From positions 32,550,001 to 32,614,000 of the forward strand of contig NC_087251.1 of NCBI RefSeq assembly GCF_037042905.1: a stretch of DNA of 64,000 nucleotides, written 5' to 3'. A program made the position numbers and the translations under genes. Positions within the stretch are counted from its first letter, which is position 1. Each line of letters opens with the position of its first letter. The stretch comes from Lytechinus pictus. Lineage: Eukaryota. Under the pieces are notes generated by a model, which made no database searches, had not been told where the DNA came from, and saw only the letters and a list, made by a program, of their open reading frames with translations. Positions 12,667-26,344 of this stretch are shown piece by piece.

Positions 12667-15549
12667 AGTAGTGATAGTCCAAAGAAATGTTACTTTTATC
12701 GTTACTATTAGCATTATCATGACTGTATCATCGCAGCAAGTTTACACTCCAACAAGTTAATTACCCCTAAATATAGATGACACAATCATGAGGGACTTAG
12801 ATCAGTGTTAATGAAGGAATTAGTACCCACGCGTCTGTTTCAAATGTCAGCTGGTCGTAAAACAAGTACTTCAAAGTCCTCTTTCTTAATCATCAGTAGA
12901 AAATCAATGTATGTATTACTAATTAATTCTTAAAGATATTTTGATACGAGAGTGACATTTTATTGGCATAAATTTTCCAATTGCAAATTTACAATTTTGG
13001 CATAAATCTTGCCATTTGCTATGTGATGAGGTGAAGATCATGTGAGCCATTTGAATTAAATATTCAATAATTGACATAAAACCTTAACTCCAAAATGAAA
13101 ACACAGCACAGGTAACACATGACATTTTCGCTTGAACATAAAAAAGTATTTCTTAAATAACTAATAAATTTCCAATGTGTCTCATCTCGCATGAAACATG
13201 AAGACATTATTATGACAATATTTGTGCTCCCTTTTTTTTTTTATATTAGTTCCATTAGAATGACTCCCTTCTAGTTTGAAACGTAATATTTACCACTTAT
13301 CTATCTCATGTATAATCATGAAATACATATAATCATTCTTGACTGTTTTGAATCCCCGAAATGGGTGGGTCCATAGCGGTTGTCCCGTTACATGCTAAAC
13401 GTTACATTCTATTTAACATTTGGAGGATAGGTTAGATTTTTATCATTTTCTTCCCGCCTCTCCCCCGACACCTTGATCCCCAAATCTCTTTAAATTCCCA
13501 CTCCCGAGTTCCGCCTGTGAACCAGAGATATCTCTCTCATCTAACATTGCTCTATCGAGGGATGTGAGAAGTAACATTCTATTTAAAACATCACTTAACA
13601 CGTAAATATCATACGCTGTTAGTATCCAATTAAGATATGAAAAGAGCGGGAAAATTCGATCGGTGTAACGGAGTATTACATTCTGCAACTGTTGACTATA
13701 GGCAAGAAAATCAGAATACGACGCATAGGTAGATTTTTTTAGACACTAGATATAGCTAATATTTCATCATGCAGAAACTACAAATTACTACTATCGTAAA
13801 GACACGATATAATTATCACGAAATATCGAAATCTATCTTAATCATATTTTTACAGATATTTGTCCATATTTCCTGCCTATTTATCGCATCGATGTATCTG
13901 CCGTTTCTTGATTGTCAATCAAGACTTTCTTCAAGAGCCTCGCTCAAGAATTATCGTCAGATTCTCCCCATCTCCCCTCTCGTTTAACCCCTTGAACATT
14001 ATACAGCTTATTCTGATTTGAAATGCCCTACATTTTGGGATGGATCAGGACGATAGGGGTTAAAGCATCGCTCATAGCGGGGCATTATAATCCCATGGAG
14101 CATTATCTAAGTCTAGCATGCCATGGGAGATTTAAGACGAGACACCAGGCTTTAAAACTTGAATGTAAAATTATAGAAGTAGAAATACCATCAAGAACGT
14201 ATACGTCAAAATGTCAGACGAAGCGACGGTCAAAATTGTCAATGGATCCATCAGAATATGATTTATGGCTTAATTTGCAATGTCAATCCAAAATTAGCGA
14301 ATTCTTGGATTAAATTTTCGATGGATCTTGTCAATTAATAAGATCAGTACTTGTCAATATGTGAAAATATTCTGTCAATTTAAGTACAACTTTGTCCTTC
14401 ATGATTTTTGACCTACCAGGGCTTTTTTGGGGAAAGGGATAATTTGCTTCTTCATAATGTTTTATTGTTTGCAGTAGTTTGGCTAATCAACACTGAAAAT
14501 GAAAATCAATAATTGTTTAACTTCATTTTGAGAGTGAAAAGCAGATTTGTTAATGTTTTTATCTGTTAAAACTGTTTATGATAAAATGTCAATCAATCAG
14601 AAATGTTTATTCCTACATTCAGACCTACAATTAGACAGTCTTGATTTAAATGCATGTTTTGCAGAAGGAATTTATACAGGTTGACAAATCAGAGAGATTT
14701 AATCAGGTGATTGGGATGGAGCTTGCTCCTATTAAAGAAAGATAGAGCTCTATGCATGAGACGATTATAAGTAAATGGAAAGAAAGTGGATGAATTATTT
14801 ATTATATTTGCAGTATTCTGAAACACCAAAGGCTCTATTGTTAATTCAAATGATTGATAAAAATCAACTTTAAAAAATGTCCATATAATATATTGACTGA
14901 AAATTTTAAATAAGTTAATGCGTATTGTTATTTACGTATTAGACCAACATGCGCCTAAAATATGTCAATTCAATATTGAATCTATTAAAAACTAATTGTA
15001 GAATGATTCATTTTTTGTATGTTTATTGACAGATACATTTCATATTTCTACTACGTCTACATGCATTTTTTGTTGAGTTAGATAAACTGACAGTCCATTT
15101 GCTCGGATCTAAATTAAATATTTTGTTTACCCTTTTTACGCGGGAAACGTGATTCATTGTGCTTTGACTGTCTACAAACGTACACATTATGACAGTTAGG
15201 TTTCGCTGGATTACCGAAACTGACCCATCAACGGCGGCTGGATGCACATGAACATGACAGTAGGATTAAGATATGGCCAAACCCTGATAGAACAATAATC
15301 TTATGTCTTCGTGTATATTAAAACACTTAATAATCTATGCTGTCGTCTGAGGTGAATTATTATAATAGGGAACTACTATAATTTTATTCATAGGCGCGTA
15401 TTGTTTTGATTGTGACCAAAGTATTGCTATCTATATATCTTTTACATGTTTTAGGGGTCAATTATTAATTACTTTTGATACATCCAAATGTGTTTCATCA
15501 CCTTAATTGCTCCCCAATTCCGCAATTAGTGAGACAAAATGTAATTAAA

Positions 15550-16750
15550 CAATGATTTAATTGGTATAATTAATTGCACTATATCATCAAGACATAATAA
15601 TAAATTTAATCAATGAATGTTACAATGGATCTTAAGTCTGATAAATACCTCCATCGCAAATGATGTCTTCACTTTATTATATTTAATACCCAGATTTGAA
15701 CTGCCAAAATCTGTGCCAACAATCGCTCTAATGTTGAAATTTTGTTCCTCTAATTTCATGTAAAATATGGCCCATTCTTTCACTCAATATGTTGAAAGTT
15801 TAAACACTTAAGCATAACAACTTTTGTGATTGCAATGTCTTCGCATGTGATATTTTAGCCGTTCACAAAGTCGTTTGTAACTTCACAAAGAGCTTTGTGT
15901 TAACATCTCTTTTCGTATTGACAAGTGGATGATACATTTCCTTCATAGAATCGGTACCCAGTTTCACTTTCACACCCTCTTTCATCTGGATCTTGTCGGA
16001 TGACATCTTTATCATCGTTGATCATTCGAATCGTTCACACCTCCACCTCTTGTGTCCCCTTAAAGTACAACAAAAGATGCTGGTGGTTTCTGTCAAGCCA
16101 TTGTTCCATTGATTCATAGGTGATGATGAAGGAAATTAGTGTCAGGTTACCTCCTGCCCAGATGCACAATATCACAGTTATAGAAGACTGTACTTTCCCT
16201 TATTTGCCCTTCCGTTACCCCACTACTGACTAATCTTCAGAATCATGAAATATATACCGTAGATAATAATCAGCATTTTAAGGCTTACTCCACAGAAGCC
16301 ATATGTCTTGGATATTACCAGTTTTTCCGGTCTCCACTTGGCGCTTTACAACATATCCTATACGAATTCTCATCAAACTGTTGATTGCTTTAACTTTCTT
16401 ATACACACGTCAAGAAAAAGGTGCCATTTTGCACCCTTCCAATGCAACATTTGACGCTCCTTATGAGGTACAGCTTTACACCCCAAGGACATTAAAATAA
16501 ATGCACCATGCACTATGCAGGTTGCATCTTTCGGGTTTCCAACGGACAGTTTGGAGTGTTAACGGGAACAAAAGGTCAAAAGCAAAGCAATAGTTGAACC
16601 GGAAATTTAAAGAATTCCCTTGGACTTCTCTGATTCATATTCAATTTGACCAAGGCCAACATAAACGACGATACGAGTTGATGTCTGGCCCCAATGACAA
16701 CAACATCGTGTTAATATTGTAACGTGAGTCTACATATCAATTGTCAAATT
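15550..16750 (-). mobile_element. decayed non-LTR reverse-transcriptase fragment
   Basis: Minus-strand remnants EGCKMAPF (QGCxLSPxLF-like, ~16440-16415), ADY (YADD-like, ~16275) and FGS-IWG (~15705), in the correct order but with stops and frameshifts. Confidence 0.45.
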
Positions 16751-17499
16751 CTTCAGTTATCCCCTGTCTGTCACAATACTCATGACCCTCCCTGAATTTC
16801 CATTAAATCAATGAAGAGTAAGAAAAAAACAAAGAGAAGAATTGTAACTTTTATATGCAATCAATGTCATAAGTATTTTGAGACAAAATGGGTTGATTTC
16901 ATTTGAAATTAATCATTCCGTACTCAAGTCTTGTGAGGAAGAGTAGATCTAACAGGACAGGAGCAAAGTTGAATTTAGCTTTAAAGAAGTATTAAGAGGT
17001 GGATAAATTTCATCCATTACTGCACCATTACCGCTGCATTTTTTTTAAATAAATCTACACATATAGACACATTCGTCATAATTGTGACATCGTTGTAACC
17101 CAAGGCCCTAATTTCATCACGCAAAATGCTCGACACTCTCCTTCTGTTCTATGATGAAACACTTCTTCTTCTTAATCTCGTAGACTTTAATCAGAATCTT
17201 CTGTTTTGCCTGTGAATCATCGGCGATGAACAATGACGAGATCTCGAGGTGTGTATCCCCGATCTATCACCAAGTGCGATGAAGCCGTCATAATAACATA
17301 CACCAGGGGACGCCTTGCTGAAATAAAGGCATTATAATCGGTGACAGGGATGTAAAACTTTCCCCTTCACCTACAGAGTAACCACCCTGGATAGTTCAGA
17401 CATGGACCATACTAGGTCAGTGGTTCAAGTTGGATTCAAAGTTCACTGAGTCTGACAAGACTCATCACAAACATCCACATTCTCAGGATCATTTTAAAC

Positions 17500-17735
17500 A
17501 ACATACAGGCTAAGTTGGTTAAAAATGAACCTACCAAATGTTGGTTGAAACAAAATTGCATGCAAACTGATTTGGGATAATTTTTTAACTAACAGTTAAT
17601 GGGATCATAATTACTTTAACCAACTTTTGGTTTGGTTGAAATATGATCCCACCAACTGTTGGTTAAAACAAAATTGCATAGAAATTGATTTTTTTAATCA
17701 ACTATTGGTTGGTTCACATTTTACCCATCGTTGGG
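17500..17735. repeat. imperfect direct and inverted repeat block (~120-bp unit), probable MITE interior
   Basis: tgttggttgaaacaaaattgcat (17539) recurs as tgttggttaaaacaaaattgcat (17657). Confidence 0.6.
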
Positions 17736-18760
17736 GCTTCATAAAAAAAATATTAGAGTACATTCTTAATCACAGGTATGGCAAGACTGACACACTAATT
17801 AAAATTGTAAAAGTGTGTACATGGAATTTCAGTCTATACTGATTTCTTAATCTTATTTTAACACATTAAAAATGTGTCCGAAACACTAAAACGTGACTTT
17901 TGGGGGGCAAACTATTATATCGTATTATGCAAACTAGTTGATTGAACTTGTTGTTTGTCTGTATTATAAGGTATGTATACAATTTTGTTTGAATTACTTT
18001 AAAAATCATTCTGTAAAATATTGAACTGGTTGTCAGTTAAATACATTTTTCTCCAGATTAGATATCGATTCATGTTTTTTTTTTCTTATAACAGCATCAC
18101 ATCCGCGATGTATGTTTTTTAAACAACATGGGAACAAGTTTTTTCTGTGCGCAATCATCTCGATGATATCTGATTAATTATTTACTTCAAGAAAAGTTGT
18201 TTAAGAATCACAAGGCTTATTAAGTTATACAAATACCGACATTAAACTTCAACAATTTCTTATAGATTTATACACTGCTCCATTTTAATCAACAATAATC
18301 GTTTCAACCAACCCAATATATGTTCAGAAAGAGTTGAAATAATCTATTATTCTCCTATTTTAAATTTTAGCAAACTGGGTGCAAAGTGTAAAACAATGAC
18401 TAATAATGCTGAAATTTGATGGAGCACAGATTCCATAATTTTACATATTTCAGAGATAGATATCTTGATATTTAACTTGATCTGAAACTATAATTGATTA
18501 ACTTCTGAGCATATGGTAAAGGATAACAATGTATTTCCAAAAGTACATAAGCTCTGATGTGTTTGATGATGAACTGTGATATTACAGACTGTTCAGATTA
18601 CGTAGCCTGTCTGTACATGGTAATCATAACAGTTAAAAAAAAAGTAATTTTCACTTTGGGCTATCAGACCATGCAGACAGTATTATGAAAAAGATATTGC
18701 ACTTTTTAGTTTCATTACCAGTGAATCTCTTTAGGCTGTTATGGTTTGTATCTTTCTTAA

Positions 18761-18952
18761 AGGACAAGTCCACCCCAACAAAAAGTTGATTTGAATAAAG
18801 AGAGAAAATCCAACAAACATAGCACTGAAAATTTCATCAAAATCGGATGTAAAATAAGAAAGTTATGACATTTTAAAGTTTTGCTTAATTTCACAAAACA
18901 GTTATATGCACATCCTGTTGGGCATGCAAATTTTGTGGGGTGGACTTGACCT
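18761..18952. mobile_element. TTAA-flanked MITE (Kolobok-like), internally deleted
   Basis: ttaa|aggacaagtccacccca...tggggtggacttgacct|ttaa. Confidence 0.85.
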
Positions 18953-19528
18953 TTAAATTCACTCTGGCTATCACTTTACTAAGCTTCGGGGAAACAATAT
19001 AGACCCAAACTTGATATTAAAAAGGTTTAATATATATACATTGTTTTCTATTCATGCAATTTGGTGTACAAGATGGACGTTCAAGGTTGGCGAGGCATAG
19101 ATTAACAGCAATCTATCATTACAATCCAGTTTTGATATATGAATAATAAAATATGTGTGAAGTGCGTGAAATATAATATGAATACGAGTTCTGAAAATAG
19201 ATCTAGTAAGTGGTGATAGTCATGAGGTAATGAACAAGATTCGATATTGATTGATGGACATGATGGAAATCAAAGGAACTGACTCAAAAGGGAAAAGATA
19301 GTTTTAGGGAGAGGCAGATTGCAATGAAGAAATCTAGCAAAGAGATATGAATTAGAGACAGATAATATAAAGTTCAAAAGTTTGCATAGTAATTTTACCA
19401 GAATTATTTTACAAATAGGCACGTTATTCATGTTATTCACATGAATTAAACATGTAAAAAGATCACCAATCATCCCCCATCAATACAAATTTGTAAATTG
19501 TAGAAATTCGAATATTCATTCTACATAC

Positions 19529-19728
19529 CATTTCCATTCTGTTCCTCGTTTCATGCTCAGTGTGATGAAAGCTTCAAGCAACACAAGCAACTGAGCCAGC
19601 AACAATCCCCAGTACCGCCAGTCGCCTGTTGCTGCAACCACTCGCCACACACACAACGCCGCGTGGGCGCTGAGCAGTAGGCGTACAGTAACCCCTTTCA
19701 AGATATGTCCGAGTCTCAGCTTCATCAT
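19529..19728 (-). CDS. TMEM26: TMEM26-like transmembrane protein, first coding exon
   Basis: MMKLRLGHILKGVTVRLLLSAHAALCVWRVVAATGDWRYWGLLLAQLLVLLEAFITLSMKRGTEWK(W) aligns by eye with the TMEM26 N-terminus (RLLFxxHxxxxVWRV...YW.L....L.LE...TL..KRG...KW). Two hydrophobic segments; donor AAATG|gtatgt (phase 2). An in-frame upstream ATG exists at 19749. Confidence 0.88.
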
Positions 19729-20089
19729 TGTCCTGCTATTAACACTCATCGATAGTTTACATGGAGGGCAAGACAATAATCTCAATAAAATATCAGACAG
19801 TGCCTCAAATTATCATCTCCTTGTCATAAAGGTATGTTGGCTGTCGTGCTGTTGCCTACAACATGTGTCAGTCTTCTCAGACGTGCGTCGATACTGCAGT
19901 CAGACTAAAATGAGATTTTACAAGAATCTCGTCACCTATCTGCTATTGCGGTAATCCAAGTTTAATGCAGTACGCAGTTAGTAATCCAGCACAGATAGCT
20001 ATGCATAGGTCAACACGACTGTACTCCTTTAGGAGCAGACGACCAAAGCTCACTTCAGAATGTGTCGCATGCATGTACTTTCACTTTTC

Positions 20090-20400
20090 ACTTTCCAGCT
20101 GTTTCGGGAAGTGTGATTGCACTAAAGTATCGTCGCGGTGAAGACCAATCAGCCAATCACAGAACGCAGAATATCAACTCGGGGGATAAGTCTCCGCCCA
20201 CACGAAGTTCGCTTTCCTTGTCGCAATGGAGAGTCGTGTAACGATAGAAATCACGTACGGAGCCGTGTTTGTGCCAACTCGCAGTGTTAAAATTGACAAC
20301 TGTTTTACTGAACTGGCAAAGTTGAGGTGTCTTCACTCTAGAAAAAAAATCAGATCTTGTCCAAGGCACATACTGACGTTACTCATTTTCCGTGTGTTGG
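20090..20400 (-). promoter_or_regulatory. candidate promoter region of the TMEM26-like gene
   Basis: CpG-richer patch 360-670 bp upstream of the ATG with tandem CCAAT boxes (20145-20149, 20153-20157) and a GC box CCGCCC (20194-20199). Confidence 0.45.
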
Positions 20401-23329
20401 GTTCACTGTGAAGTTCATTAGAACGACCGTGAGAATGTACTTTCTTTGGACTGTTTATATACAAACATTGATTTGATTTCTATCGTACACAAAAGGCTAC
20501 TTCAGATTATTATTTGTGTAGTTGAGCATACATGACAGTATATATCTCCTCTCTTATACTAATTGATCGAGGATTCGAGATATATCAATATATTTAATGA
20601 GTAATTAAAACATAGATTGTTGACATCAGAAAACTTACATAACTTAACAAAATTTTCCTTGGTCAACTTGGTAAAAAAGAAAAAAAGAATTTTCATTATA
20701 TAGTTCATGGATATTTTCAACGAGTAAACATCTAATAATAGAGGGAAGGGAAGAAAGATTTTAGATTTCAATGATGAGTGCAGCTATTGCTTTACTCTCA
20801 AGTATTTTAAAATAATAATGATAATAATAATAATAATAATAAACATGTCTTGTATAGTGCATATTACAATTTCAATACAGCCAAATACTTTGTGACATTT
20901 TTTTGTTGTCTTTAAATTGATGTGGAACTTTTAGTGTGTCCCCCTTCAGTTTAGCCTCATTGACAGTTTCCGATGTAGATACATTAATCGCAAAGGCACC
21001 AATCACTGAAAAGTCTGCTCAAATAACGTGGTGGTATATGCTTTTATAACCAAACCTCAATCTTTTATACAACATGATTTCTGAATTATAAAACCTTCCC
21101 GCAAAGCCACCTGCTTTTTAACATCTCCTCGCCTAGATAATGTGAACATAAACACGTGGGAAGACGTCTTTAGACAACTTCAAGTGGGTGTGCTAAAACG
21201 AGTAGAAGTTTTAAAGTGAATAACCTTGATAACATGTAATTGGTAATGATCTTGATTACATGGAAGGAGATTTCATGTAGGCTTAAACAGTTGATCAAGC
21301 TCACCTTTTTATTAAAGTGGTCTTGAAATAAGACGGGAAGTTATAACGTGCCTAAGAACTCGAACTTTAAGTCAGCTTGTTTTCTGATGTTATGTTCAAA
21401 TCTATTGAAGACCCAAATGAAATCAGTCATGTCATGTTTCATGTTTAGTAGAGCAATGGTTGGCTTAATACATACGAAGAATAATGTTCTTTATATTTTC
21501 GTAATTCATCTTTACTGTTTTGTTTTATCCATTTCATTGATTTTAGATTATTAAGCTGTTTATATTCGTGGAATATTCGAACAATCGTGGGATGATTTTA
21601 TTTTGTTCTATTCTCACCATTTCTGAATTCAATTTCATATTGTTTTACACTATAATTACAAAGATGATTGCAAGATCTATCAACGAGCCAAATAACAGGT
21701 ATCTCATCTATCAACTATGAAGTCTGGAGAGATCGTTATTCAATCTTCTTCCTTCCCCTCCATCTTCTTTAAACCTATTATGAAATTAATCTTACATCAA
21801 CATCCCTATACCCCCGTCCAGACCTTAGAGTACCTGGTCGTTTACTCCCTCGGGCAGAGCGGGCCTCGGGTTACCCTTATAAAAGGCTATGGTTAACCAA
21901 ACTACATTGTATCCCCAGACAAAACTGTCGAATGAAAACAAGAAGATAAATTTAGTATTACATGGATCACTTCAAATGTGGAAAGAATATTTTAATTTTC
22001 ATGAAATGAAATAACGCTCATAAAAAGAATGATCAGTTTAGAAAAAGTGCACCCAACGCTATATGCTGCTAATAATTATCACATCCTAAAGTAAATTTGA
22101 TTAGATTTTTTACGTCCGTTAATATTCTTTGTATCAGTATAGGTAATAAATGATAGTTCTAACAAAATTGAACGAAATAAGTCAGCCAGGCTAGCAGAAT
22201 TCTGTCGCTTCTAAGTTCTGCGCAAATTATTGTTAAATAAAAAAGAAAAAATCCCTTGACAGTATATTCTTCATTATATTCTCCTTTTTAAGTTACAGGA
22301 CATGATGGCTTGATTCAGATGGCATGCCTTGGGGAATCCCCTGGCCCCAAATTATACTGTTCTACTTAATCAAGGCATTCAAGGATCAAGTATCATCAAA
22401 TACATTTATAAAAAAAACATTTTGTACGTTACTGACCAGCTGACAGGTCAGTAATGGAAACAACTGAGAATGAAAACTCCCTATTGTCTGTTCTCTATAA
22501 ACTCTATTTCCCATGCGACCATGATGTTGCAACAAATATTCAGCCCTTGCTATAATCAGAACCCATACATGTTGACCACCCTTCACGTCTACCGTGTGAT
22601 GACACCATTATAACCACACCTTGTGTTATCCTTGTCCTCACCTGAAACGTTACTCATACTGTTTTTAATTCGAAAGGCAATTTGTCCAACAATTACGGTA
22701 ATCAATGATACATTTCCTAGAGCAAGCCGCGGTAATTAATTGCCACATGTTGTGAGTAGGATAGCAGTATTGTCCTTCGTCTAATTAGCTCCGATATACA
22801 TTATATGAGTTGTCTTACATGGTCATTCCACTGCGTGATTCATGACCATCTTCGGGCGAGGGTTGACATGGAGATGTCCATTGTTATTTTTTCTTCTTTT
22901 TTTTCTTCATAACAATAATGATAAATACTGTGGAAATTATGATAAGAAAAATTTGCCGCCAACAGCAAGTGCAAAGAAGAGCAAAAAAAATCGTCAATAG
23001 CACGTTTATTAAAGTGAACATAATGTTTGTATAGTCGCCAAATGGCAAACGTATTTTCTCAGTTTTCCGTCGGAAATTTTCAGATTAAGAAAAAAGGAAG
23101 AACGGAATGAAAAAACAAATAAAACAAACACAAAATAATGTAGAAAGTTAGTTTGTTGTGGCGAAGAAATGTGCTCATTTTACATTCAAAACTTTGGAGG
23201 AATATCCAAAGCGATTGAAGGTCCAATCAGTGTTTTCAACAAACCCTGACACAATGTCTTATGCAAAAGTTAATCAAAAAGCAATAGGAATGAATCATAT
23301 CCCGTAAACATCAATGTCATTTTATCTAT

Positions 23330-23720
23330 CATTGGTAATATTTCCATGATAATACTAAAAATTATGACTACAGAGTTGGTCATGTTACAAATTACTCTCA
23401 TTATCAGATTCATTCCTGTAAACCTCACTCCATTGGTTGGTAAAGGGTTTGTCTATTGTCCCGAGGATGAACCTCTTGAGGGTCATTAGTAAAACTTCAT
23501 TATTTCGTTAAAAAACATTTCCTACAAGCCTGGATCGTTCTGTTACAGCAATGAGTAACGGTTAGACAGGGCTTCCCCAAAATATGAAGTAAGTTGGAGT
23601 GAAAATTACTTTCGCAGACTTTCAGGAAGGGATAGTGATTACCTCATAGACCTTAAATTTACTACACATTTTAGACACAATGTTTCATAGAATATTCTGT
23701 CATGGGGGAGCTGAATTTTT
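23330..23720 (-). mobile_element. decayed RTE-like LINE fragment
   Basis: Weak remnants of PTLxYGxEA and EMxFLRxI motifs on the minus strand. Confidence 0.3.
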
Positions 23721-26344
23721 CATTCAATCTGTAAACATATTGATGATTTTTTTTCTGCTGGTCATTTTGTATTTCCTATTCATAAACATGAAATTTATCA
23801 AATTCAAGTTGATATAAAGTAACATAGGTTAACACTTTTTGCTAATACCTTTCAAATGAATTGTAAATTGCTGACGTTGATTTTGCTTGCATTATGTAAT
23901 AGCAATTATGATGAGTTTGTAATTTTTAAGGTTTTGCAGTTCAGCATGTTCCGGATTTGCTTTTATGACCCCCAATCCGCTACTGAGAATATTTCGATGA
24001 ATTGAAAATAAGAGAAATAATACAAAATTGGGAATCTTAATGCGCAAATGAAAAGTAACTCTCCATACTGACGGAAGCAAACTTAAGGATGAAGAGAAGC
24101 TTTCATATCATAAAATACAATAATTAGATTTGTTTTGATAATAAAATCAAATGTCGGATTATTTCCTTAGAATTATAAAACAAATGTTAATATCATTTTG
24201 ATCAGAGGATTAATGTGTAGGCCTAGACATTGGTCATTACGATATGACTCCCTTGTGGCGATTAACAAATTTAAACTCGTCTAAAACAAAGATTGTTATC
24301 AGATAATCATTAATCCTATAGACGCGAGATACAATGTATCTATTTCCTATGACATTGACCTCCGTACACTAAAGATTTATAACTATTATTTACGAAGATT
24401 GGGAAAAAATAAGACCTATTTATGAATGGCGTTAATTTTGAAATGCATTTTTTTAATAACTTTGACATAAACAAAGCAATGCGCTGTTCATTCAATTTCG
24501 CGTTTTGAAAGGTATATATACAAACAATATTTTCGAAAGAACTGTGTGCGAATTTTTTTTTGGAAATTATTCACTCTATCATTTTAAAGTTATATTTAAG
24601 TATCATTATTTGCCACAAAATGTATGATATCGTTAATGATGATGTGGTTCTTTTAACAGCAATGCGCGTTTACTTCAGCTATCTTAAGGCACAATTTTGA
24701 TTATTTATGAAAGGCTGTATAATCGTATGTGTCGTGACAAAAAGAGAGAAAAAATAGAGAAAACAACAAAGAACAACACTGTGTCAATTTAACCTTAAAT
24801 TGTAAATGCTAGTATTTTTCTCCAACGTCATTTTGTTCCCTGGAATCTTGAATTCTTCCCTAAACTTTCTAACATCTATGTTACGTCATTCTTATTTCGT
24901 CACTGATGACACTGAAATCTTGCCATAAAATCTTCCGCATTATCGTCATCCTCACGAGCGAAAATTCGGCAGTTTTGGAGCCAAGTTAAATAAGAGCATC
25001 AGGAAATCTTCCGTTCCCTCGCGTCTTCTCAGCTTTCAGGTGTTTGTGGCGTTTCCACATACTCACCAAGCGGGCAATGTAGCGGTGATTTTTTTTTTTT
25101 GGCGGAAAAACACAACAAACAAGAAATGGTTGCAACCAGGTGATGGGAGAAGGCTGACGCTGATTATGACGCGCACGCAACGTCACCAAACCGCGGTTTG
25201 ACATTTGGAGAGTTTCCTGCGTGGTCACTGATAAATCTTTCACGTTAAACTTGCTCTCTCCTCACCAAACAGTGTTTCATTAAGAAAATCACATGAGTTA
25301 ATGACCAAGAATGATTCCCAAAGGAATTGTCTTCAGCAATGGCGGTTCTTAGGAAAACTACAGGGTCCAGATTTGAAAAATTGTTGTACCAACATCGATA
25401 TTACATTTATCCATAAATTCGTTTTACATGAAGACGGATATCAATCTGATGAGACATTTTGTCATTTCTTCCTCTTCCCTTTAAAGAATTATTCATCAAT
25501 TTATTTTTGGTGCTACATGATATCAAATTTATATTCTGTATTCAAAGATGAATAACGTCCAGAAAGTGAAGAGAGAGAATCAAAAGAAGGGAGAGAAGCC
25601 ACACCATTTCTCTCTCTCTTCCTCTTGTAGGGGATTCGGATAATAATATACACGGTCCCCAAAGACCCGCCTCCTATAAATGCTAGTGCAAAAACTGAAT
25701 ATTAATTTCTTTTCTGACGGAATGTTAATAAATACATGTGATGCCTACGTCGTCTCACCAAGGCTATGGTGGATTTCAAAAGTGTTTATCGTTGTCTTTG
25801 AGGTCATCTTTGTTTGGATGAATCAGGACAACGGTAAATAACTTTTCTTTTGGATGGGATCATCAACTGATCCATTTAACCTTTGAAGAAGGTCTGCATT
25901 GAGGATATGCGTCTTTCCCCCAAGTAAATGACCTATCTCAATTCTACACATTTGTTACTGAGATGAATTAAATACACGGTTCAACATAAAAAGAAAGATA
26001 TTTTTCCTCTCATTTTTAGATAACCGAGACATTGTTGCGCATCAATGATGGAAAATGTCGTTTGCAAAAACTTGATCGAATTAAAGGTGGTCAGGCCGCC
26101 TAACATCCAAAGCCATCTCTACTTCATACTGACTCCATCCCGACTCTACCCGGCTAACCTACCAACCTGCAGGTCCACTGTGATCTATTTTCATTCGCTG
26201 TTCAGTTGTTCTTATTTACTTTTGACATTTACTTTCAAAATAAAAATAAAACATTATCTTTAATCAAAAATCACCAAAATCCACAGTAGCTATTCTCCAA
26301 CATTCTCTCATATCCAACACAACAAAATGCAGTATTTTAGGACT

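Noticed and set aside
12020-12720. Longest ORFs in the track (220 and 195 aa)
   Set aside because: Artefacts of the N gap and the (TAG)n microsatellite.
19553-19832. Plus-strand frame with ATG, one in-frame TGA, a signal-peptide-like stretch and a gtatgt donor (possible selenoprotein or readthrough)
   Set aside because: It is the antisense shadow of the TMEM26-like exon. There is no homology and no SECIS evidence.
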